Source: Alphaproteobacteria bacterium
Lineage (GTDB): Bacteria > Pseudomonadota > Alphaproteobacteria > GCA-2731375
NCBI GenBank assembly: GCA_965232515.1
Contig: CBDDPY010000002.1
Coordinates: 7,168,001-7,232,000, forward strand
Reading direction: 5' to 3'
DNA: 64,000 nucleotides
Under the pieces are notes generated by a model that did not search any database, had not been told where the DNA came from, and worked only from the letters and a program-made list of their open reading frames with translations. Both the position numbers and the translations under genes were made by a program. This document shows, piece by piece, positions 17,350 to 25,724 of the stretch. How positions within the stretch are numbered: position 1 is the stretch's first letter; each line of letters starts with the position of its first letter.

Positions 17350-19595
17350 GACGCCGCCGCCGACACCAGCTCGACCGAGTTCCGATCGCAGGCCGCGACG
17401 ACGGATTCCTGACCCGGCAGTCGCACCTCGATCGGCGGCGGCGCGTCATGCCAGTCCGCCTGCCAGGAAACGACAGCCTTACCCTGGACCATCCCGATCT
17501 CGATTGTGACCGGTCCGAAGGCGGTCGGCGCCGGCCCGAAGCTTATCGTCTGCCCGTCGACGAGCCAATCGGGCGCAACGCCTGCCGCCAGCACCAGTCG
17601 GTCCCCTTCCTCCCGGACGAAGCAGTTGCGCACCATCAGCAGCCATTCGGCGGCCGCCCAGACATGCTGGCCGTCGCCCATGCAGCCGCCGCCGGTGGCC
17701 GGATGGATGGCTTCGGGCCATTGCCCGGTCGGCGATGCCAGGTTGATGACTGTCGCCAGCATGTCGACGAAGCGCGGATCGCCGGCCCGCAGCAGCACCT
17801 GCGCCAGATGCAGCGTGAGATAGGGATTGATGCCGGAATGCACCATGTCCTGGAAGAGACCGCCGTCGACAAGGCAGTTTTCGAGCAGGAACTCGGCCGT
17901 GGTCAGCAGGCGCGGATCGTCGGGGTCGCAGAGCTGCAATGGATACCCCATCACCAGCGATCCGATGGCGCCGGAATCGAGACGGCGGTAGGGCGAAGCC
18001 GGCATCGCCGCCGTGCCGAGGCGCTTGGCGGCCCGGTCAAGGCTGGCGTCGACGTCACGACGGAACGCCTCTGCCTGATCGAGCAGTCGAGCCGCCTCGT
18101 CATCGTCGCCGATTTTTCGGAGGAGGTCTGCCGCGGCGTTGAGGCCGGCGATGCCCCAGAAATCATCCCAGTAATAGTAGTCGTTCGGTCCGAGATGCTC
18201 GGCGCTGAAGCCGGCCGGCAGCAACCCCGCGTGCGGGGCGTCAACCTCGCGGCTCAGGCGCTTGCGGCAGATCCATCGCGCACCCCTTCGGATGGGTTTC
18301 CGCCAATCCGTTTTCGGGGCCCGGCCCGTTAGCGCGCAGAAGCGCTGCATCGTCCAGAGCGCTTCGCCGTTCGAATCCCATTCTCCGTCCTGCGAATGAA
18401 AATAGCCGCCCGCGGTCTGCCGGCCCGGGAAGCGGTCGATGGCGCGCTCGGCCCGATCGTTCAGGCCAACCGCGAGCAGAGCGTGGACAAGGAAGGCCGC
18501 GTCGCGGAACCAGAACCGTTTGTAGGTGTAGGGCCCGGGATAGACGTCGCCGGGCGCGTGCAGAACGAGCGTTCGCACGGCCGCATCATAAAGGTACTGC
18601 ACACGGCGGTCGCCGATCGAGAGGCGGCAGGTTGGCGCCAGAACGGCCGGCCAGCCGTTCGTCTTCGCCGTCGTCGCCGTTCGGTCCATCGTCAGCGGCA
18701 CCTTGGCGGTGATCTGGTGCGGATGCTCGTCGTCGACCCGGAATAAGGCCGCGGCGGTAACCATGCCGATATCGCAAACCCCGTCCTGCTGCTCGTCCAG
18801 GTCCCGCAGGTGGATATAAACGTCGCCCGCGCGATAGTCCGAGACGTGATGACTGTCGACCGGCCGGTCAAACGCCACGGTGCCGCCGTCCTCGATCTGC
18901 CAGATCTGCCGGTCGTCCGACAGTGAGACGCGATGAACCAGGCCGATGCCTTCGGGGTTGTAGGGACGCAGGCTGACGACCAGCCAGCCTGGGCCGGCAA
19001 CCTTCGCGTGGAGCTGCAGCCGGCATGTCGGTACGCCGTTTTCGAGTTGAACGTCGGCGCGGGTGCGCAAGCTGCCGGCATCGCCGGCGACGTCGGTCTG
19101 CACCGCCAGCCCGTCATCGAAGTCCAGTTGCTGGTAGGCCTCCTCGACCCGGGAAGGCAACACGAGCCGGCCATCGTCGGTCATCAGCCAGGCATCGAGC
19201 GACCACTGGTCGTAGTGCGGCGTGACCAGGCCGCGCGGATCGACAATCGGCAGCTCGGGACAGTCCGGCCAGCCGATCGCCGTCCAGTTGCGATGCGTCA
19301 GGTTGATGTGCGTGATCGAGAAGGAGCGCGGGACAAAGGCCGGGTCCCCCGGATCGAACTGGCGCTCGACCCAGTAGGGCCAGACCCAGTCGAGATTGTG
19401 CTGAATCACGCGGGCGTTGATCAGGCCGCGCGCATGCAGCACGGCGCCGGCCCGCAGCAGCTCAACCGGCTCGGTCACCTCCGACGGCTGGGCGAACCGA
19501 TTGAGCCGGGCGAGCAGCGCGATCGGATCCAGGAACCCGTGCGTGCGCGCGGTCCGGCGGACAACGAAACGCCAGGGCAACCATTTCCACCAAAT
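17346..19595 (-). CDS. Six-hairpin (alpha/alpha)6 glycosidase-like protein
   Basis: Y..FWFRDA, EWDSNG, YYWDDFW and QWPEAIHP motifs. First canonical start is TTG 19580; an RBS-spaced ATT at 19595 is proposed. Confidence 0.7.
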   Translation of the reverse strand: MWWKWLPWRFVVRRTARTHGFLDPIALLARLNRFAQPSEVTEPVELLRAGAVLHARGLINARVIQHNLDWVWPYWVERQFDPGDPAFVPRSFSITHINLTHRNWTAIGWPDCPELPIVDPRGLVTPHYDQWSLDAWLMTDDGRLVLPSRVEEAYQQLDFDDGLAVQTDVAGDAGSLRTRADVQLENGVPTCRLQLHAKVAGPGWLVVSLRPYNPEGIGLVHRVSLSDDRQIWQIEDGGTVAFDRPVDSHHVSDYRAGDVYIHLRDLDEQQDGVCDIGMVTAAALFRVDDEHPHQITAKVPLTMDRTATTAKTNGWPAVLAPTCRLSIGDRRVQYLYDAAVRTLVLHAPGDVYPGPYTYKRFWFRDAAFLVHALLAVGLNDRAERAIDRFPGRQTAGGYFHSQDGEWDSNGEALWTMQRFCALTGRAPKTDWRKPIRRGARWICRKRLSREVDAPHAGLLPAGFSAEHLGPNDYYYWDDFWGIAGLNAAADLLRKIGDDDEAARLLDQAEAFRRDVDASLDRAAKRLGTAAMPASPYRRLDSGAIGSLVMGYPLQLCDPDDPRLLTTAEFLLENCLVDGGLFQDMVHSGINPYLTLHLAQVLLRAGDPRFVDMLATVINLASPTGQWPEAIHPATGGGCMGDGQHVWAAAEWLLMVRNCFVREEGDRLVLAAGVAPDWLVDGQTISFGPAPTAFGPVTIEIGMVQGKAVVSWQADWHDAPPPIEVRLPGQESVVAACDRNSVELVSAAAS

Positions 19596-19714
19596 AACAG
19601 CCTACCTCCCGATCATGTTTGAGATCGTGCCGTTGAGGTCACATTAGCGACGTCAACCGGATTCCGCCCGATCCTCTCGGCCAATCAGCTTCGCCAGCCC
19701 GAAGCACAGCATCG

Positions 19715-19728
19715 TTGACGCAAGTCAA
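19715..19728. promoter_or_regulatory. FNR/FixK-type box
   Basis: TTGACGCAAGTCAA, ~120 nt upstream of the glycosidase operon. Confidence 0.8.
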
Positions 19729-19868
19729 TCGGACGCGATGCCGCCCCGCGAATTACGTTTTGGCGACCGGGCTCACGGCGGTGGATGGCGCATCATGGTG
19801 TCCTTTTCCGGAAACCGTTGGGATGGAACTGCTTCGACGTCACAAGAAGGCGCTCGAGGGAGAACCAA

Positions 19869-20612
19869 CTAGTCGTTCTGTGCACCCTCGGCGGCGTCGT
19901 TCAGGGCGTCTTGATCCAGAACGGTGATCAGCCGTGGCTTCGGAACTTCGACAATGCCCTCGTCGACAAGCTGGGCGAGGGCGCGACCGACGGTTTCGAG
20001 CCGCAAACCGAGATAGTCGGCGATTTCGGCGCGGCCAAGCGGCAGAACGATGGACGTGGACCGGTCGCCGGCTTGCTGTTGTCGGAACTGAAGCATCAGC
20101 AGAAGCGATGCGACCCGTTGCGTCGCGCTCAAACGCCCGAGCAGCAGGACATGGTCGCGTGCCGCGGCGAGTTCGTGGGATGCAAATTGCAGGAGCCGAT
20201 GCTCGATTTCGGGAAAGTCGGCGCAATGGTCCCGGAGCTCAAGCCGCGAGAACCGGCACAGTGCAACCTTTCCCACGGGCTCGGCCGAATAGTTGTATGT
20301 ACCGTCGGTGGCCAGGCCGAGAAAATCCCCGGCGAACAGCAGACCGGTTATCTGCCGTCGCCCGTCCCGCAGCAGTTTCGACAAGATGACGACGCCGTCG
20401 GTGATCACATAGACGAATTCGGCCTTGTCCGCTTCGAGGAAGATGTGTCTTGGCGCATTGATCTCGATGCGTTGAACAATCGCGTCGAGCCGATACAAAT
20501 CTTCAATTCTGTGCGCCGCGCAGATGGTCCTGCCGCGAACCGGGCAGGTGTGACAGATCGTGGAATGCGCCACCCCGGTTTGACCGCGCACGACAGGCCG
20601 TTCGTCTGCCAT
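19869..20612 (-). CDS. Crp/Fnr regulator, O2-sensing FnrL/FnrN type
   Basis: N-terminal CxxC-x7-C plus central Cys (LCRF), DGRRQI and HTH IADYLGLRLETVGR; AAGGAGG RBS before ATG 20612. Confidence 0.9.
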   Translation of the reverse strand: MADERPVVRGQTGVAHSTICHTCPVRGRTICAAHRIEDLYRLDAIVQRIEINAPRHIFLEADKAEFVYVITDGVVILSKLLRDGRRQITGLLFAGDFLGLATDGTYNYSAEPVGKVALCRFSRLELRDHCADFPEIEHRLLQFASHELAAARDHVLLLGRLSATQRVASLLLMLQFRQQQAGDRSTSIVLPLGRAEIADYLGLRLETVGRALAQLVDEGIVEVPKPRLITVLDQDALNDAAEGAQND

Positions 20613-20756
20613 ACGCGATCCCTCCTCCTTGCATGACATTTGTGGATAGCCGGACTCAGACTGGCGCTCCCGACGTGGCCGCAGCTGCATTCCCGGTCGA
20701 GACATTGCCTGACGTCACAGCTCTACGCATTTTCGGCTTAGCCGCGACGAAAGATC

Positions 20757-20770
20757 TTGAGGTACGTCAA
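20757..20770. promoter_or_regulatory. FNR/FixK-type box (fnr-proximal)
   Basis: TTGAGGTACGTCAA in the divergent fnr/ppsA intergenic region. Confidence 0.75.
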
Positions 20771-20806
20771 CGCGGAAGCGGAACGTTGTCGATGTCTCGA
20801 CAAAGC

Positions 20807-20820
20807 TTGATGCGCGTCAA
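20807..20820. promoter_or_regulatory. FNR/FixK-type box (ppsA-proximal)
   Basis: TTGATGCGCGTCAA, 50 bp from the previous box. Confidence 0.8.
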
Positions 20821-20892
20821 CGACAACGGGGCGGGTCGCGCGTTGTGTTGCCACGCACCGCAATGCATCACCGAGACGTTTCCCGCCGCCCC

Positions 20893-23292
20893 ATGTTCAC
20901 TTCGTCGAACCAACAGTTTGTCGTGCCGTTGTCCGACGTCGGCGCCGATATGGTCGCCCAGGTCGGCGGCAAGAATGCGTCGCTTGGAGAGATGATCTCC
21001 GCGCTTGCCGGGACCGGCGTTTCGGTGCCGGCAGGATTTGCCACCACCGCCGCGACCTATTGGGCGTTTCTCCAGGCGAACGACCTAACGGACCGGATCG
21101 CCGCAAAGCTGGCGGATCTCAAGCAGCGGCAGGCCCGGCTGGAAACGGTTGGGCGGGCGGTTCGTGGGATGATCCTGCGCGCCGAGATCCCAATGCCGAT
21201 CGCGCAAGCCATCGTGCAGGCCTATCGGGATCTCGCTGCAGGTTATGGTCGAAAGACGCTGGACGTTGCGGTTCGCAGCAGCGCAACGGCGGAAGACCTG
21301 CCGGAAGCAAGCTTCGCGGGACAGCAGGAGTCGTTCCTCAACATTCGCGGCGAGGCGGCGCTGATCGACGCCTGTCGGCGCTGTTTCGCCTCGCTGTTCA
21401 CCGACCGGGCGATCGCCTATCGCGAGACGCACGGCTTCGACCATATGTCGGTCGCGCTGTCGATCGGCGTGCAGAAGATGGTGCGGTCCGACAAGGCGGG
21501 CGCCGGCGTCATGTTCTCGATCGATACCGAGACCGGCTTTCCATCCGCGGTGCTGATCAACGCGGCCTGGGGCCTGGGCGAGACGGTCGTTCAGGGCGCG
21601 GTCGATCCCGACGAATACATGGTCTTCAAACCGCTGCTGACCGACGAACGTCTGGCGCCGATCATCGAGAAGAGCCTCGGCGCCAAGGACGCCAAGCTGG
21701 TCTACGGGCGCGGGAAACAGCAGGCGACGCGGCTGACGGCGACGTCGAAGGGTGAACGCCGATCCTTTGTGCTCGACGATGGTGAGATCCTGCAGCTGGC
21801 GCGCTGGGCCGTCGCCATCGAGGCGCATTACGGCCGGCCGATGGATATCGAATGGGCGAAGGACGGCGAGACCGGCGCGTTGTTCATCGTGCAGGCGCGC
21901 CCGGAGACCGTGCAGGCGCGCCGCGAGGCGGGCCACCTGAAGAGCTATGCGCTGCGCCGAAAGGGGAAGCGGTTGCTGATCGGCCTCAGCATCGGCGACG
22001 CCGTCGCCACGGGTCCCGTGTGCAAGCTGCGCAGTCCCGCCGAGATCGGGAAGTTCCAGGACCATGCGATCCTGGTGACCGGGACGACCGATCCGGACTG
22101 GGTGCCGATCATGAAGCGGGCCGCAGCGATCGTGACCGACCATGGTGGCCGAACCTCGCATGCCGCCATTGTCTGCCGCGAGCTTGGCCTGCCGGGCATT
22201 GTCGGCGCCGGCGACGCCACGCGGGTACTGCGTAACGGCCAGGCGGTGACCGTGTCGTGCGCCGAGGGCGAGCAGGGTTTCGTCTATGACGGCGTCGCCG
22301 AGATACGTGTCTCGGAGACCGCCATCGCCGATATTCCGGCGACCCGCACCAAGGTCATGCTGAATATGGCCAACCCGGCCGCGGCCGCGCGTTGGTGGCG
22401 ACTGCCGGCCGACGGCGTCGGCCTCGCCCGCATGGAATTCATCATCAACAACCACATCAAGATCCATCCCATGGCGCTGGCGCACTGGGATGCGCTGCGC
22501 GACCGGGCGGCGAGGGCCCAGATCGCCAAACTCACCGACGGCTTTGACGACAAGGCAGCCTATTTCGTCGACCGGCTGGCGAGCGGCATCGCCCAGATCG
22601 CGGCGCCGCATTGTCCGAACCCGGTGATCGTGCGGATGAGCGATTTCAAGACCAACGAGTACGCCAAGTTGATCGGCGGCGCCGGTTTCGAGCCGCGGGA
22701 GGAAAACCCCATGCTCGGATGGCGCGGCGCCAGCCGATACTACAGCCCGGGCTATCGCGACGGTTTCGCGCTCGAATGCCAGGCGATCCGCAAGGTGCGC
22801 GAGGTCATGGGCCTGACAAACGTGGTCGTCATGATCCCATTCTGCCGCACGCTGGGCGAGGCCGACCGCGTGCTTGAGGTGATGGCGGACCAGGGCCTGC
22901 GCCGCGGCGACAACGGCCTCGAGGTCTATGTCATGTGCGAGATTCCGTCGAACGTAATCCTGGCCGACGCCTTCGCCGAACGTTTCGACGGCTTCTCCAT
23001 CGGCAGCAACGACCTGACGCAGCTGACCTTGGGCGTCGACCGGGACTCGGAGGCGTTGTCCGACCTGTTCGACGAGTCGAACGCGGCGGTGACCACACTG
23101 ATCGAAAACGTGATCGCGGCGGCGCACCGGCACGACTGCAAGGTCGGCCTCTGCGGTCAGGCGCCCAGCAACCGGCCCGCATTCGCGGCGTTCCTGGTGT
23201 CGGCGGGGATCGACTCGATTTCGGTCACGCCCGACAGCTTCATGGCCGTGAAGCAGCATGTCGCGGCGGCCGAAGCCGACCTTTCGGCCTGA
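20893..23292 (+). CDS. ppsA: Phosphoenolpyruvate synthase
   Basis: VGGKNASLGE, VRSSATAEDL...SFAGQ, phospho-His GGRTSHAAI, ENPMLGWRG and SIGSNDLTQ. Confidence 0.95.
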   Translation: MFTSSNQQFVVPLSDVGADMVAQVGGKNASLGEMISALAGTGVSVPAGFATTAATYWAFLQANDLTDRIAAKLADLKQRQARLETVGRAVRGMILRAEIPMPIAQAIVQAYRDLAAGYGRKTLDVAVRSSATAEDLPEASFAGQQESFLNIRGEAALIDACRRCFASLFTDRAIAYRETHGFDHMSVALSIGVQKMVRSDKAGAGVMFSIDTETGFPSAVLINAAWGLGETVVQGAVDPDEYMVFKPLLTDERLAPIIEKSLGAKDAKLVYGRGKQQATRLTATSKGERRSFVLDDGEILQLARWAVAIEAHYGRPMDIEWAKDGETGALFIVQARPETVQARREAGHLKSYALRRKGKRLLIGLSIGDAVATGPVCKLRSPAEIGKFQDHAILVTGTTDPDWVPIMKRAAAIVTDHGGRTSHAAIVCRELGLPGIVGAGDATRVLRNGQAVTVSCAEGEQGFVYDGVAEIRVSETAIADIPATRTKVMLNMANPAAAARWWRLPADGVGLARMEFIINNHIKIHPMALAHWDALRDRAARAQIAKLTDGFDDKAAYFVDRLASGIAQIAAPHCPNPVIVRMSDFKTNEYAKLIGGAGFEPREENPMLGWRGASRYYSPGYRDGFALECQAIRKVREVMGLTNVVVMIPFCRTLGEADRVLEVMADQGLRRGDNGLEVYVMCEIPSNVILADAFAERFDGFSIGSNDLTQLTLGVDRDSEALSDLFDESNAAVTTLIENVIAAAHRHDCKVGLCGQAPSNRPAFAAFLVSAGIDSISVTPDSFMAVKQHVAAAEADLSA

Positions 23293-23341
23293 TCACGATT
23301 GGCGCTTGCCGGCGCGCACGGTCGGCTTTCGGTGTTCAACG

Positions 23342-23355
23342 TTGAGTTACGTCAA
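23342..23355. promoter_or_regulatory. FNR/FixK-type box
   Basis: TTGAGTTACGTCAA upstream of hsp20. Confidence 0.78.
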
Positions 23356-23442
23356 AAAGCAGCCGCGCGATTGGCGTTATTACGGTGAGGACTTGGGCGA
23401 CAAAGAGTGACCGAGCAAAGCACGACGCCGATGGAGGGATCT

Positions 23443-23997
23443 ATGGCGAAGCAGCCCGTAAAGACAGCAACCAGATCAGAGTCAATGTCCGCTAAGGCCG
23501 CACCGCCGGCAACTTCGGAATCCGCCGGCGACCGGATCGTTGGCCTGCGCCGGGAGATGGACCGGCTGTTCGACAATTTCCTGGGCGGATTTCCAGCCTC
23601 GCCGTTTGCACGGCCGGGCGCCGGGCTCGAGCCGTTTACGCCGCTGGGCCGTTTCTTCGGCGCGACGACGCCGGCCGTCGACCTGGTCGAGAAGGAAAAG
23701 GCGTTCCAACTGTCGGCCGAGCTGCCGGGCATGGACGAGGGGGACATCGACGTGACGCTCTCGAACGACATGCTGACGATCAAGGGCGAGAAGAAGGAAG
23801 AACACGAGGAGAAGGAGGAAGGCCGCTATCTGTCAGAGCGGCGCTACGGTTCGTTCGAGCGCGCCTTCCGAATGCCCGATGGCGTCGACCGGGACAAGAT
23901 CGATGCGCAGTTCGATAAGGGCATTCTGACGCTGACTCTGCCAAAGACGAAGGAGGCTCAGAAACGCAGCCGCAAGATCGCCGTGAAGGCCAAATAG
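23443..23997 (+). CDS. Hsp20/alpha-crystallin small heat-shock protein
   Basis: PAVDL.E, AELPG, ER.YGSFER and A.F.KGIL.L.LPK; GGAGG RBS. Confidence 0.93.
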   Translation: MAKQPVKTATRSESMSAKAAPPATSESAGDRIVGLRREMDRLFDNFLGGFPASPFARPGAGLEPFTPLGRFFGATTPAVDLVEKEKAFQLSAELPGMDEGDIDVTLSNDMLTIKGEKKEEHEEKEEGRYLSERRYGSFERAFRMPDGVDRDKIDAQFDKGILTLTLPKTKEAQKRSRKIAVKAK

Positions 23998-24059
23998 GCC
24001 GGCCGCGCCGCCGCATCTTTCCGGTACCGACGCCGGCCGGATGGCGCCGGGGTTTCGGC

Positions 24060-24956
24060 TTGTTGCTGTGCTGGGCGGCGTCGGCCTGCGTGGCGGCCGG
24101 CGTCGCCGAGCCGCGGTGGGACGTACCGGATCTGATCGGCGAGGCGGCGCAGCACGTCACCAGCGAAGACGATACGCTGATCGATCTCGCACGGCGCTTT
24201 GGCGTCGGCTTCGTCGAGCTGGTGGCGGCGAACCCGGGCGTCGATCCCTGGCTGCCCGGCGAGGGGACCCGCCTCGAGCTGCCGACACGCCACGTGTTGC
24301 CATCGGCGCCGCGCGAGGGCCTGGTGATTAACCTCGCCGAGCAGCGCCTCTATTTCTTTCCGCCGACGACGGCGGCCGTCCAGACATACCCGATCAGCAG
24401 CGGCGGGCGAGGCTGCGAAACGCCGCTTGGGCTGACCCACATCGCCCGCAAACGGTCCGATCCGTCCTGGACCCCGCCGGAGTCGATCCGGCGGGAGCGG
24501 CCGGAGCTGCCGGCGGTCGTGCCGCCCGGACCGGACAACCCGCTGGGCAAGTTCGCCCTTGACCTGGGCTGGTCCGGCTACGTCATTCACGGCACCAACA
24601 GGCCGTTTGGCATCGGGCGGCGGGTCAGCCATGGCTGCATCCGTATGTATCCGGAAGACGTCGGGCGTTTGTTTCCGCAGGTCGCCGTCGGCACACCGGT
24701 GCGGATCGTCGACCAGACGGTCAAGCTGGGCTGGTACGCCGGCGACCTTTATCTCGAGGTGCACCCCAGCCAATGGCAAATTGACGAACTGGAGGCGACC
24801 GGGCGGCTCACGGACCGTGCCCCGCCGCCCTTGTCGGGATGGATTCGGGCAACGGCCGGCGCCGAAGCGGCGCGTCTCGACTGGACGTTGATAAACGCGG
24901 TGGCCGCCGAACGCCGCGGCCTGCCCACGCGGATCACGAGGCCGCGGCCGGACTGA
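24060..24956 (+). CDS. L,D-transpeptidase (ErfK/YbiS/YcfS family) with a LysM-like domain
   Basis: DTLIDLARRF..G..EL..ANP.VDPWLP, PGPDNPLG and IHGTN...SHGCIRM catalytic motif. Start uncertain. Confidence 0.9.
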   Translation: MLLCWAASACVAAGVAEPRWDVPDLIGEAAQHVTSEDDTLIDLARRFGVGFVELVAANPGVDPWLPGEGTRLELPTRHVLPSAPREGLVINLAEQRLYFFPPTTAAVQTYPISSGGRGCETPLGLTHIARKRSDPSWTPPESIRRERPELPAVVPPGPDNPLGKFALDLGWSGYVIHGTNRPFGIGRRVSHGCIRMYPEDVGRLFPQVAVGTPVRIVDQTVKLGWYAGDLYLEVHPSQWQIDELEATGRLTDRAPPPLSGWIRATAGAEAARLDWTLINAVAAERRGLPTRITRPRPD

Positions 24957-25003
24957 GCGGTTTGCCGGCCGCCGTCACCTCGTGAGGGCTTCGGGGTCGG
25001 TGG

Positions 25004-25291
25004 CTACTTGCGAAGCGATTGTTGGTAGACGCGATCGGCTTTTTCCGCCGCGGCGGCCGCATCTGCGGCGGCCTGTTTTGCCGCCAACTCGGCGGCGTCC
25101 GCCCGTCGCTCGGCTTCGCTGGCCGTGCCGGCGGCCGATGCCGCGCGTTGTTCCGCCGCTGCCGCGCTGGATTGCGCGCCGGACACGGCGGCGCGGAGTT
25201 CATTGATTTCTTCCTGCGTCGCACAGCCCGCCAATAGCAACGCCGCGCCCGCCAGCATCGGCAGAAGCAACCGTCGTCCTGATTTCTGCAT
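25004..25291 (-). CDS. Lpp/OprI-like alanine-zipper lipoprotein
   Basis: LLAGC lipobox, Ala-rich heptads and C-terminal ..SLRK; GAGGAGG RBS before ATG 25291. Confidence 0.88.
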   Translation of the reverse strand: MQKSGRRLLLPMLAGAALLLAGCATQEEINELRAAVSGAQSSAAAAEQRAASAAGTASEAERRADAAELAAKQAAADAAAAAEKADRVYQQSLRK

Positions 25292-25402
25292 CACGCCCTC
25301 CTCGATTAGCGAATTCGATAAGTGCGTGCGTCTGACAGCGCTGCGATGCCGGTCGACGCACGTCATGGCCGTCAGATGTCGCGTAGATCAAGGTTTGCTG
25401 AA

Positions 25403-25416
25403 ATGACCTAGGTCAA
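25403..25416. promoter_or_regulatory. FNR/FixK-type box (1 mismatch)
   Basis: ATGACCTAGGTCAA between the divergent lipoprotein and rpoH genes. Confidence 0.6.
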
Positions 25417-25520
25417 CCGCGACTGACGACGGGCGTCGGTCAGATCGATGCACGGCCGCAATCGATGAACGAGACGATCTTGTCGTCGCAAAACCAACGA
25501 CTTCGGATCGTTTGGCTGGC

Positions 25521-25550
25521 CTTGAAATGTTCGGATTTCGTTCTAAATAG
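25521..25550 (+). promoter_or_regulatory. Possible sigma-32-type promoter upstream of rpoH
   Basis: CTTGAA-N16-CTAAATAG resembles the alphaproteobacterial RpoH consensus. Confidence 0.35.
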
Positions 25551-25724
25551 TATACCAACCAGGATGCCGTTTTCGGTATCTACGTTGACAGGCTGCCCGC
25601 CTGCGACCGCATTCCAATGACAGTGAATCGACGGACGGCCGGGCGGCTTTTTCCGAGAAAATACAAGCCGTTAGGCGTTGATGCGCGGACATCGAGCCGT
25701 GCAGACAGGTTGCGAGGTGCAGGC

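Noticed and set aside
25040-25200. Repetitive GCC/GCG tract (and the CAG-rich tract at ~51330-51500) as a tandem repeat or CRISPR
   Set aside because: Explained by Ala-zipper and Gln-rich coiled-coil coding; there are no constant-length repeats with spacers.
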